The notes under the pieces: generated by a model
Databases searched by the model: none
Told to the model about the DNA's origin: nothing
The model's input: only the letters and a program-made list of their open reading frames with translations
Program-made: the position numbers and the translations under genes
NCBI RefSeq assembly: GCF_006345805.1
Contig: NC_043009.1
Coordinates: 37,324,001-37,388,000 of the forward strand
Reading direction: 5' to 3'
Source: Octopus sinensis
Taxonomy: Eukaryota
Length of the DNA: 64,000 bases
Part shown: in pieces, positions 42,831-57,684 of the stretch
How positions within the stretch are numbered: the first letter of the stretch is position 1
Layout: the number at the start of each line of letters is the position of its first letter

Positions 42831-43126
42831 AGCATGGCTCAGTGGTTAAGGTGCTGCACTTACAATTGCGAGATCGTGGGCTCGATTTCCAGACCGGCCA
42901 TTGCATTGTGCTCTTGAGCAAGGTACTTCATTTCACGTTGCTCTGCGTTCATTTCGTACTCTGACAAGTGGCACTCGTTGCACCTGTACAGGTAATATCG
43001 ATTTGATGGAGGGAGTGAACTTATGAGTACACAAACATTTGATCACTATAAACAAATCATCTGTGCAGCTGTTCGATAAGAAATTGTCAAACCCTCGCAC
43101 GTCGTCTAACGACGGGAGAGTCCTTT
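42831..43126 (+). mobile_element. tRNA-derived SINE (family E-like head, different 3' body)
   Basis: Head and central block as in family E; 3' body homologous to the reverse complement of 48690-48910. Confidence 0.7.
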
Positions 43127-43129
43127 ATA

Positions 43130-43700
43130 TATATATAATTAATATAAACAGTAGCTTGCAATGTTTCACCAAAGAGGAGAATTAGAAATGTCACTAAATG
43201 CGACTAGGGTGTTAGCAAACACTTACATTGCTAGAAATAAGTGCAAAACCGTTCTAATGCTGTAGTTAATGCACATGAATGAAAACGTGTACACTAACAG
43301 GGACCATAATCGTCCGAAAAGTGCCGATCGAGAATTCCTAATACTGACGCGTCAGTTTCGGCAATTTCCGTTGCTTCATCAGTTAAGTCAGCTCAACTTC
43401 GACTCTTTTCGGACTCGCTTCGCCATTAGTATCTATGTTTTCGTCATCTAGATATTTAGATGATTTAGCGATTCGCTAATATGTCTATATAAAATTAATA
43501 TAAACAGCAGTTTGCAATGTTTCAGCAAAAAGGAGAATTACAAATGTCACTAAATGCGACTACAGCATTAGAGCGGTTTAGCTCTTATTTCTAGCAATGT
43601 AGGTATTTCATAACACCCTAGTCGCATTTTGGAACAGTGAAACTAGAAGTAGCTAAGGGTATAATTAATAGAGTGTTAATATTGGGTTAAAAACATCTTT
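43130..43700 (-). mobile_element. Rearranged hammerhead-bearing repeat (partial tandem plus micro-inversion)
   Basis: Direct repeats at about 43136-43206 and 43492-43562, each followed by the same 56-bp segment in opposite orientations; hammerhead in between. Confidence 0.45.
43337..43387 (-). ncRNA. Type I hammerhead ribozyme motif
   Basis: Stem I CUUAA/UUAGG, CUGAUGA, stem II (A.C mismatch) GCAA/UUGC, GAA, 14-nt palindromic stem III ACUGACGCGUCAGU, GUA triplet. Confidence 0.6.
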
Positions 43701-44715
43701 GGCTATTAAAAGTTTGAGGCTGCAAGCAGTACTCGAACAGTCATCTTCAGTAAACATCATCTACCACTAGACCGAAGCAATCCTTTGGATTTATCTGCTT
43801 CGAGTTTAGAACAACATCCTTTGTGGCATTTCTCCGGCTCTTTACATTCTGAATTCAGATCCCACTGAAATCAACTTTACCTTTCATCTCTTCTGGATTT
43901 ATTAAACACAGTACCAGTCATATATTGAGGTTGATGTAATTGATTTGTCCCCTTCCCTCAAAATTGAACCCCGCAACAGACTGGTGTCCCGTTCAGGAAA
44001 ATGTGATCTTGGTCATTTATACTCATGAAAACCGGGTAACCGATAACCGGTCTTATGAGTCCAAATTCAAATTCTAGTCTAAGTTTGATAATAAAATATT
44101 GATTGGTGTATTTAATAATCCTTTCTACTGATGGCACAAAGCCTGGAATTTTCTTTTGGTGGAGTGGAACTAGTTGATTGCATAGACCCCAGTGTTTCAC
44201 TGGTACTTAATTTATCAAAGTCGACCTCGGCGGAATTTGAACTCAAACATCGAGGCAGACAAATTGCCCCTAAGCCCGGCGTGCTAACGATTCTGCCATA
44301 TTGCTGTCTTGCGACGTATTAGATAATAATTTCTAATATTGGTCTAAGATCACAAATTGTTGTAAAATCACAAGTTGGTGCAAAATTACAAATTGATCAC
44401 GTAATCGATTACGTCGTCTCTAATTTATAGTTGATACATTTTTATCATCGATCCATAAAGGAGAAAAAACTTACAGAGTAAATCTCGACGATAAGGGATA
44501 TATTTAAATATGATTCTATCAATCAATCATCGCTCCCCACCTATAATAAATAGTAAATGATAGGCAAAGACATGACTATGTGTTCAAGGTGTTTGTTTCG
44601 CAACTATACGTATCAGAGTTCGATTTTACGACGTCATACATGGAAGAGACGTCTTCTACTATAGACTCGCGGCGAGTCATACCTTCTGACTTTGGGTATT
44701 GTGTATATGTATATG

Positions 44716-44801
<86 letters not shown>

Positions 44802-44808
44802 TGTGTAC

Positions 44809-45198
44809 ATGGGGAAGCACTCCGTCGGTTACGACGACGAGGGTTCTGGTTGATCCGATCAACGGAACAGCCTGCTCGTGAAAAATTAACGTGTAAGTGG
44901 CTGAGCACTCCACAGACACGTGTACCCTTAACGTAGTTCTCGGGGATATTCAGCGTGATACAGAGAGTGAGAAGGCCGGCCCCTTTGAAATACAGGTACA
45001 ACAGAAACAGGAAGTAAGAGTGAGAGAAAGTTGTGGTGAAAGAGTACAGCAGGGATCACCACCATCTCCTGCCGGAGCCTCGTGGAGCTTTAGGTGTTTT
45101 CGCTCAATAAACACTCACAACGCCCGGTCTGGGAATCGAAACCGCGATCCTACGACCGCGAGTCCGCTGCCCTAACCACTGGGCCACTGCGCCTCCAC
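44809..45198 (-). mobile_element. SINE family A copy
   Basis: Highly similar to 1299-1685 over its full length. Confidence 0.85.
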
Positions 45199-46139
45199 AG
45201 TGTGTGTACATACCGGCACTCACACAGACAACTAAACTGAAAAGGAACTAAGAGAAAATAACTCAAAATATTCAGTGGCTCGAATTTGGACAGTTAAGAA
45301 AATATGGAGAGGGTGCATTGAATGCTATACACACAAAAAGGTCTTAAGTTATTGGAATTTTTACTCAGAGACAGAGAAGGAAAACATCAACAAAACAAAA
45401 ATTTTCAATAGCTCTGGATGAAAAGGAAGATCATTTTAAGAAATTAAATATGATTTCAGTTGAATTGAAATAGTAGAAAAAATGCAATACTAAGGAAACC
45501 GAACTGAAATCGAAATAGGCCCAGAAACAAAGATCACGTTATTTTGATAATTAAAATAGGAAAGCATTTTTAATGTTTTGAAATTACGAGGCGGTGAACT
45601 GGAAGAATCGTTACCGCGTTATACAAAATGTTTAGCGACTTTTTTTCCGTTCTGAGTTCGAATGCCAGGGTCGACTTTGCCTTTCATCCTTTCGGAATCG
45701 ATAAGATAAGTACTAGTTGAACACTGGGGTTGATGTAATCGAGTTACTTCCGCCCACAAAATTGCTGGCGTTGCGTCAAAATTTGAAACCAATGTCTTGA
45801 AGTTATCTCCCCTTCCCATTCAGAATTTCTCACAGATATCGCCAGTATTTTTCCTTTCTGTTCTGAATCCACGAAGGAAATTTTAATGAATCAATATTTT
45901 TTATATGTCCGTCATTATATGCATTTCATCTAAGGTAGAATCTAAGCTGGCAGAATCTTTAGCACATCGGACGACATGCTTAGTGGCATTTCTTCCAGTT
46001 CTTTACGTTCTGAGCTCAAATTCTACCGATGTTGACTGACTTTTGTGGGCACTAAGGTCGGTGTAATCCACTTACCTTCTCCCCATAAAGTTGCTTAACT
46101 TATGTGAAAATATGAAACTGCTTTATACATCCCATGTGA

Positions 46140-46450
46140 CAACATACATACATACATACATACATAAATGCATACATACATACATACATACATACATACA
46201 TACATACATACATACATACATACATACATACATGCATGCATACATACATACACACATATATAAATGCATACATACATACATACATACATACATACATACA
46301 TACATACATACATACATGCATGCATGCTTACATACATACATACATACATACATACCATACATACATACATACATACATACATATGTACATACATATATAT
46401 GTAGGCCGACATACATATATATGTATGTCGGCATATATTGAATATATATA
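46140..46450. repeat. (TACA)n microsatellite
   Basis: Directly visible. Confidence 0.95.
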
Positions 46451-46965
46451 TATGTTTATATTTTCATTCTTCATGTAACGTAAACTTGTGGTTCGATGAA
46501 TGGAGATTAATAAAACAATATACCACGTTGAAATAGTACAGGTTTGGATAAAATCTACTCCAACCTTTGAAAGCGTGATCTCAACAGGGTCACACTCCTG
46601 TCGCGAAAACCAGTAAAAGAGTATTAAAGTACTGTCTTCCCCAATATTATACACTGCTGTTTGGTTAATTCTACATTAATGAAATATAAAGCAAGTTGCC
46701 ACAGTAATTTTGATTATGGAATGCATAATGCTAACTATTATGATATACACTTTCTCAAGGCGTGCACGCCATAATCATTTGAAAGCCATAATAGTTTTAA
46801 TTTATACATAATCGTTTATAGAAATTACGGAGATGTACTCGCATAGCAAGTAATTTGATCTGAGATCGTGTGCTGAAACGAAAACAATTGCAGCGTGGAA
46901 GGTGTTTATAAGCCATTTAAGAAACACACAAAAGCCGTTCGATTCACTTCAACATTTAAGTTTAA

Positions 46966-47015
46966 TTTGTCAAAATATTTTCGTCGCTAAAATCCGCGAC
47001 CTGTTCACTGACAAA
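46966..47015 (-). ncRNA. Minimal hammerhead-like motif, G3-C8 variant (inverted copy)
   Basis: Exact reverse complement of 47061-47110. Confidence 0.6.
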
Positions 47016-47060
47016 AATCCGTGCTGCATTGATATTTACAAAATGGATGCAGCACGGATT

Positions 47061-47110
47061 TTTGTCAGTGAACAGGTCGCGGATTTTAGCGACGAAAATA
47101 TTTTGACAAA
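47061..47110 (+). ncRNA. Minimal type I hammerhead-like motif with G3-C8 core variant
   Basis: Stem I UUUGUCA/UGACAAA, core GUGAACA plus 1 extra nt, stem II GUCGC/GCGAC, GAA, palindromic stem III AAUAUU, U17. Confidence 0.6.
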
Positions 47111-48314
47111 TTAAACTTAAATGTTGAAGTGAATCGAACGGCTTTTGTGTGTTTCTTAAATGGCTTATAAACACCTTCCACGCTGCAATCGTTTATAGAA
47201 AGTGAATAATAAATAGTGAATAGAAGTTGATGTTACTGGTATTTTAACCCTCGCATTCTTGCCGTTGCGACCATGTCCTTTTAAGCCTATGTTTATGCAT
47301 CTTCATTATCTCATGTGTTACTTTTATATTCAAGATGGAGCAGTGCGGTTTGAAGAAGATTCGTTTGTTATTTATATCAGGTAAACGACTTCCTAGAGGT
47401 TCCTTCGTTGATTCATGCAACAACAATTGGAAGATACAGGCCTGTTTATATATTTTTATATATCTGAACGGAAATATTGAGTATTAACAAATCATTTGGA
47501 AATAATTGTTTATCAATGCGCACATGAAACCCAAAAAACGTTGATTGATCCAACCACGTTTTATGATGTCTTTGTTTTTTTGGAGAATTTTTGATGAATT
47601 TTAATTTTTAAAATGTTAATTGCAAAAGCTATTTTAATACACGATAATGTAAACATAAATAGAAGATAAATTAGTAGATAGATATCCAGAAAACGGAAAA
47701 TTTCCTATGATTACCTTCTATATAAAGAATACGTAATAGATATGTTAACTTGCATACTTAAAACCAGAAAAAAAATTTTTTACCAATTGAAGTTAAACTC
47801 GCAATGAGCAAAAGTCACCGCTGTATAAGGTAAGTCTATCTTTTTTTTTAAGGAAGGCAAGGTAGAAGGGTCCGAAATTTAACTTGATTAAATATCACAT
47901 AGCGAGTAACGTAAGTGGGTAGTCACATCTTTGATAATCATGCGTCTACCCAGACATGTTTCTTTTTTATTAGACCTCTTAAGCGAAACGTAGTTTATCA
48001 CGTACTCACGATTTCATAGAACAACGGCGAAGAGTTGCTTTGTTTTGTTTTTGTTTTTTGTGCTAAACTTCCCTGTAGATAAATCCACAAATTTTTGCCA
48101 ACACTGCATATGTAATCTAATAAAAAAAAAATTAATTAGACGCATTGAACAGTTTTAAACTGTTGTAATGTTTATACAGTTCCACTGTGACAGAGACGAG
48201 CTTGATTGTCCGATACGCTCAAATATATAACTACGTTCTCATCAGCAATAGCTTACTCTCGCATCAACTTCATTTAGAAGGAAAAATCAAACACGGCTAA
48301 ACTAAACATCAGTA

Positions 48315-49195
<881 letters not shown>

Positions 49196-49914
49196 CAAAT
49201 ACTATTCACTGATTCAATAAATGAATATTCGCATCTTTATGGCTAAAAGTCGGTGAACATCAGAGACAACCACCAATTTTCGTCACACACAGGGGTCTCG
49301 TGCTGCCAACCATATATTCCGGCAGGGTCCTTCCTGTCCACTCGTTCATGTCATCATTCCATTAACCAATTCAAAATAATGTAGATAGTTGTCAGCTTAT
49401 TATAATGTAATTTGGTCAAAGTATCTTTAGATAGGTTTAGTTCTATGCTTCAGTGAACAAGGTGTTAGTTGTATAGAGAAATGTTAGTGTATAAACCAAT
49501 ATAATCAACCCATCCGCTTATCAAATGTCTATATTTATTGATATTCGTCGATTGGATATTTGGCTGTCCTTTCGTACTCAATAATTTAATATGCCGAACT
49601 GAATATTAATCTCAATTTTCGTAAATTGCTAGTAGTAAAATGACTCGTATAGAATTTAAATAATGTTATGTGGAAGTCAGTTTGCATCATGATTATTCGT
49701 CGGCCCTACACCACAGGATCAATCCGCCGAGGACATTTTGATATTTACAAAATGGAAGCTTGATTATTATTCTTAATCTATTTAGCAGTAATGAATATTT
49801 ATAATGCATATTTTGATACGCTTATATTCGTGCAGTATGGCAATATACCGTTAGTTTCCTATTTATCGATTTGTGTGCGTGTGTGTGTGTGTATGCAAGT
49901 GTCTGTGTGTGTGC

Positions 49915-49962
<48 letters not shown>

Positions 49963-50906
49963 CCTGCACAAAAAATTGTAATCTCCACAGTTTGTTCGGT
50001 TCAGTTCATTTTATTTGGAGAAAAAGTTGTGAAGCCTTAGTTGAAAGTTCTACACTAGTTTATTTTTAATGAGCTAAATACTAAATATGTATGTTTAAAC
50101 TAAGTACTTCTGTGCAAATGTGCAAAGCGGTCTGTCGGGAATAGAACACATTTTGCCTTTTGTTAAAACTTTAGTGTAATCACTGTTTTCGCTTAAACAA
50201 AATAGTTCTCACGTAAACACATTTATTCATAATCGATTCGTTTTAAGTACGAGTTAATTTGTATAATTAATTTAAGTGCATGAAATTTTAAACTACTGAA
50301 CCGCTTGGTATTAAATCTATGTAAACGACTACTTAGGAGTTCTTTGGTGGATAGCATCAGTTTCGGTTAAATGCATAAGATCATTTCCGACTTTGGGTAA
50401 AACATGGTAAAAGGTGTCATAAAACTGAATAATTATATGAGTTCATAAGAAAAAAGAGACTCTTGGGGAATCATCCGTTTTCATGGTGAGTTATATTATC
50501 ATAGTCAATCAGGTTTCATGTTTGCAAATAAGTGGGGTAAAAAAAAAAAGCTAAGTATTTTAAAGTTAATTTTAACCCTTTCAATGAATTAAAGATGATA
50601 AAAACTCAGGCTCTGATGTATTTGTGACTTATTTTTTAATATGTAGTGGATTTTTCAATAAGTGACGATGAAATTAGTAAAAAGTATAATAACCGAATCA
50701 CACTACGAATGGACGTAATTTTGTTATTTTTATTATCAACCGAGGAATGACTCAATTGAGTTTTTCCTGAACTGCATGTAGAGTAAATGTACGTGGCCTA
50801 GTGGTTAGGATATTGCACTTACGATCACAAGATCAGGATTTCGACTCCCCGACCAGCCGGCGCGTTGTATTCTTGAGCAAAACACTTCGTTTCACGTTCC
50901 TCCACT

Positions 50907-52067
50907 TTAAGTTTATTATTTGAAGGCGACCAAATCATTCAATGATAACTTTCAAATATATTAAGCAAATAAATATTATTCAAGAGGAATGTTGTGGTCT
51001 CTGTCACTTATACTCTATGGAAGCCGCTTACGCGACCTTATGAGTCCTAGGACTCGAGACTATAATGTCTTGGGGTTAATAATGCTGATAATGACACGCA
51101 TGGCTCTGGTTGATGTCATAATCGGGGCTTATAAATCTGGCTATGTTGGAGTTATTGCAGGAGATCAACAGGAACTGAAAACTTCTTAAGGTATAAGTAA
51201 AAATGACTAGCATGTCGATAAGTAAAAATAACTGGCATGCGAATAAATATGAATAATAAAAAAAATAACTTAGACAAGAAGGATCATAGTTTGATTATTA
51301 TATGACTCAAGTATGTGATCTATAGTTTTATAACATCCTAATAGGTGAAGAAATAGTTGCTTCGTTCATGAATGATAGATAATGCATAATCAACAGATAG
51401 TAATGATAAAGATGATAGTGAAACTGCAAAGTTTCCAGCTGTAACAGCAGATGTTAGATTTCACAAGTCAACGAAATAGCAGAAGATTCCCTCACAAGCT
51501 ACTTACCATCTTTCAAACATAGAAGAAAGAACATATTGAACAGTTCAGCTAAAGATATGATTAAAGATAGGATAGAACGGTTATAATGTCTTAGATTATA
51601 GATCTACTTAATCAGGGATTACCTGAGGACTAAACAATAATGTACAGTAGGCTCTCTCAGCTAAAAGTGAGAATACTTACAGAAGCTAACTGTAAACTTT
51701 TAGATAGCATTTATAACCATTGAAGACTTTTGAAATTCAACAGCAGCAGTTGGAGTTTTTAGACAGCTAAAGATTGCATAATTTATTATCTGAATACCAT
51801 AGTGACATTTAAAGCTTGGTATTTGCACAAGTTAAACATTTCCGACTTCAATTTTTCACTTGTTGAGTTTTGTACAAGAAATGAATTAAAACATGGATAC
51901 TTAAACTTAATGGAAACATCAATTAAACTGCAGAAAATGTAGAACATAATTAATTTATTAGTCTTGTTTTGTTAAGTGAAATTGTTGTTGATCAATTAGG
52001 TTTATTGTTTGAAGGCGACCAAATCATTCAATGATAATTTTCAAATATATTAAGCAAATAAATATTA
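50907..52067 (+). repeat. Pair of about 72-bp direct repeats 1.09 kb apart
   Basis: 50907-50978 versus 51996-52067, about 3 mismatches. Confidence 0.8.
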
Positions 52068-52911
52068 ATAATTCCTCCTACTTCAAACCAACATTTCTTC
52101 TCTGAAACAAAGAAAAAGCGACGAAACTAAAACACAAAACGTAATGTAAATTATAAAAAAAGTATTATTCTTGCTGTATTATATAATCCACGCTTGGTAT
52201 AACATATATACAATACCTTATTAAAGGCAATTTATTTCACTCAGGTATTTTATCATTAGCTATGCCAATTCGGTTAATTACATAAGACTTTCAATGAACA
52301 AGGTGAAACAATTAAACAGTAATTGACTGCATGTGTGTATGTGAGTACCCCCCGCTATTATGAGACACCAGTATACATACACACATTGCGCGCGCGCGCG
52401 CGCGTGTGTGTGTGTGTGAAAAGGTTGAGTTCAATTTCATCCTTTACTTTGGAGGGTTCCAAAGGGGCGATTTCTAATAAAGATTCTTCATATTTCGTTG
52501 GTAGCTAACTGGCATAAGAGTTTTGCGAATATGAAATTATTACATGCATATGGCATGTGATGAGGATCTATGGAAAGGTATCCCATAGAAACTCAACGAA
52601 TGGAGAAGAGAAGATGTTAAATTTTTTAAAAAATAATTTTAATACATGCATACGATCGTTTCGAACAGCAATATCAACATGTAAATAACATGGTAGAGTG
52701 ATTAGAAATTAATTAAATTAATTACATATTACTGTACTCCTCAGTGCAAAAAAGAGTGCATCAAAAAATTATTATTACTGTTACAGAAGACTTGATGGAG
52801 GAAGTAGCAAATAACATATTCGGATATACATATTTAATCCTTATGAAATATTAAGAGCATATTAAAAAGAAGTGTTGTTGAGTCTAGTTGTGAAAAAACT
52901 AAAACTGATTA

Positions 52912-53319
52912 GGCTAACGGTTATTTGAAAATATACGTGAAAGATGTTTAAGAAACATTCTCTCTATATAAAAGTAAGTAGTTAAGTAATATACACTCCA
53001 AATAAAGCATTTGTTAAGGAAGTAAGATAGGGATGTCCAATGAGACAGCATAGTTATATTTGAATTAGGATATGACATGACAGTCATACGTAATATATAA
53101 GTTATATTGCTTATATATTACTTCTGTATACAATATAACTTATATATTACTTATAACTGTCAAGTCATATCCTAATTCAAATATAACTATGCTGTCCCAT
53201 TGGGCACCCCTATCTTACTTCCGTGATAAATGGAGTGTATATTACTTAACTACTTATTTTTATATAGAGGGAATGTTTGTTAAACATCTTTCACTTATAT
53301 TTTCAAATAACCGTTAGCC
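52912..53319. repeat. About 200-bp imperfect inverted repeat
   Basis: GGCTAACGGTTATTTGAAAATAT... versus ...ATATTTTCAAATAACCGTTAGCC; arms match inward with small indels. Confidence 0.8.
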
Positions 53320-53418
53320 GCATCCCAGTAATTACTCGTTACTGGGAGGTATTCAACTTTTAAATACAAACCATGAAAATATATACATGTATACACACAA
53401 ACATACACATACATATAC

Positions 53419-53510
<92 letters not shown>

Positions 53511-53512
<2 letters not shown>

Positions 53513-54060
53513 ATAAATATTAGGGAATAAATCCAAACTTACAGGGAAAAATCAGATTTAGGATTGAATCCAATTTATAGTAAAATATTATATTATATAA
53601 ATTAGAGACAAAACCACTATTATGCAAATCAAACAAAGAAAGACTTAATCCAATACATAAATTAATTTATATAATTTAGAAATTTAACAATTATTAATAT
53701 CCACTACGATCGTTTCATGTCTTCTTTTCATCACATCTTTGAGTAGTAGACATTCTTCAGGTGGTTTCAAATTGAGCCCGGTTTGGTGACAACTAACCAA
53801 GTGGCCGTAATAGATTCCTGTCTCCTTGGGATGAAGAAGTACATTTGTCTTTGGCTTTAGAGTCTGACGAGACGTTTGCGTGACTAAGGCCTTTGTGGAT
53901 GCGAAACCGTTGGTCATTCTATGATAAAGATTCTGTATGTGTATTCATGTGTTGCATTGATAAGGTTCGTTATTTCAAGAACCGAAACATGTAAAAATTA
54001 AAATTTATCTAATATAGTGGCGTTTTCAAACTTCTTTTTTACAAATATATACCCACTCGT
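53511..54060 (-). mobile_element. Probable Penelope terminal (pLTR) fragment between (TA)n tracts
   Basis: Contains the 53701-53764 hammerhead; bounded by TA microsatellites; no ORF. Confidence 0.45.
53701..53764 (-). ncRNA. Canonical type I hammerhead ribozyme motif
   Basis: Stem I CCAC/GUGG, CUGAAGA, stem II AUGUCU/AGACAU, GAA, palindromic stem III ACGAUCGU, GUA cleavage triplet. Confidence 0.7.
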
Positions 54061-54077
54061 ATACGATCTAATCTTAT

Positions 54078-56020
<1,943 letters not shown>

Positions 56021-56909
56021 GCTGAATCTCTCTCTTTCTCACTCTCTCTCTTATTCAAAATATATATGAAGCTACCTCTTTGTTTTCCACAATCTCTCTT
56101 ATTCTTTTCCTCTCTACCTGTTTTTGCGTGAAGACAACATCTTGAAATAATTTGAGTAATGCAATCAAGTGACTATCTGCTATTTTACAAACGTACAGAA
56201 AAGTTATGTATAAACATAATAGTAAATTCAATATTAGTAAATTCAATATAGTAGTAAATAATAGTAAATTCAATATTATAAACATAACGTCTTGGGTCAC
56301 TTATGGAGCAGTATTTTCCCCTTCTTTAGTAGTTTCCATCCACGAAATAGTAACACAATCAATGCATTGATTTTTTGAGTGACTAAGAATGTAAAAGACA
56401 TTGTAATCTAAGAAGGTGAAATGCACGAGAAAAGTTAAAGAAGATGGACACAGGCTGTACATGTATACGCGCACGAGTTACCTTTAGAAGACAAGCATTG
56501 AAAACGACAGTCTTATAAAGGAATATACATATATATGTGTGTGTGTATATATATATAGGGGTAAAATATGAAAAATCAATGAAAATGCATATTGCAAATA
56601 GAAAAAGGCTCTTTATGACAGGTAGTGACAAATATATATATATACATTTAGATTGACTGAGGTAGTAATACGAGTCGTAAAGGTCATTATTATGAGATGA
56701 TTATAAAATGATAATAAAGTAAGAGAACAAAACGAACCAGTGATTTACGCGAAGCCTATTCATCGTTTGAACAACACCGGTTGATATACGGTGTCAGGTC
56801 TAATAGTTCCTGAGAAAAAAGATTATTTGTAAGGGAGGTAAGTAGTTCTGGAATTAGAGATGTGAGTGATGTAGGTAGTTTATAGGGTTTAGTGGTTTCA
56901 ATTGAAGAG

Positions 56910-57449
56910 TTAGTGGTGTTCTGTATTGAGTTGTGTGTTCATATTTAGTTGGGGGAGAAATTTGTTGATGAAAAATGTCTCTTTATTCAGCCTTTGTTGC
57001 ATTGTTGTGTTCTGTGAGCATCGGTAAAAGGGAAATATTTGGAAATTGGGATTAAGATTCCTGGCATATCTTTCTATGTGTTCGCTCACCTTTAACTGTC
57101 TGTATTGTGGGTGACGGATTTGCTCTTTGTGAATGGTGATTCTTTGACGGAGCGAAATTCCTGTTTGTCCACTATAGAGTTTACCACATCCTATGCATGT
57201 CATGACATAGATTACATTTGCTGAGGGGCAGGTGAAATTTGCTTTGATCTTAAATATTTCTCCTTGTTTGAATTGAAATTCTGAACCCTCCAGAAGGTGG
57301 GGGCATGTTCCACGGTTAGAACGTCCACATTTTGTCACTTTTGGCTCAGTAGTTAGTGGGTAAAGTCTAGCGCGGGTTAATATTCTTTTCATTGACTTTG
57401 GTTGCTTTTTGCTTTTTATAATTTTATATGAGTTTAAAATTTCGTTCAT
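56910..57449 (-). pseudogene. PLE GIY-YIG endonuclease domain
   Basis: ANVIYVMTCIGCGKLYSGQTGISLRQRITIHKEQIR...RLNKETFFINKF..QLN: VIY/YxG motifs, conserved Arg/His and C-terminal E..N. Confidence 0.88.
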
Positions 57450-57684
57450 TGTTTTGTCTGCTGTGAGGATGGGAAGGTTTTGGGTGATGATGTTGAAGGC
57501 TTCGTTGTTTCTGGGGTTATGTGTGGAGATGTACGGGAGTATTTTTAAGTCTTGTTTAGTATTTCGGCTAGTTTTCTTTAATCTTTGTATATCTATTTCC
57601 TTAGCTCTTTTGATGCCTTCATTTACTAATGAGATTGGGTAGTGTCTTCTAGTTAGTGTAGTTCTAAGTTCAAGGAGTCTATGT

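Larger units (their letters stand above)
46825..47186 (-). mobile_element. Short Penelope-type fold-back insertion with hammerhead motif and 15-bp TSD
   Basis: Inverted arms about 46888-47029 and 47047-47188; TSD AATCGTTTATAGAAA at 46810-46824 and 47187-47201; homologous to 31205-31521 and 42468-42716. Confidence 0.78.

Noticed and set aside
52644-52680. Minus-strand GAAACGATCGTA identical to the 53.7 kb stem III
   Set aside because: No intact core or stem II upstream; at most a decayed remnant.
53863-53918. CTGACGA...CGAAAC on the plus strand
   Set aside because: Stems II and I do not pair adjacent to the core.
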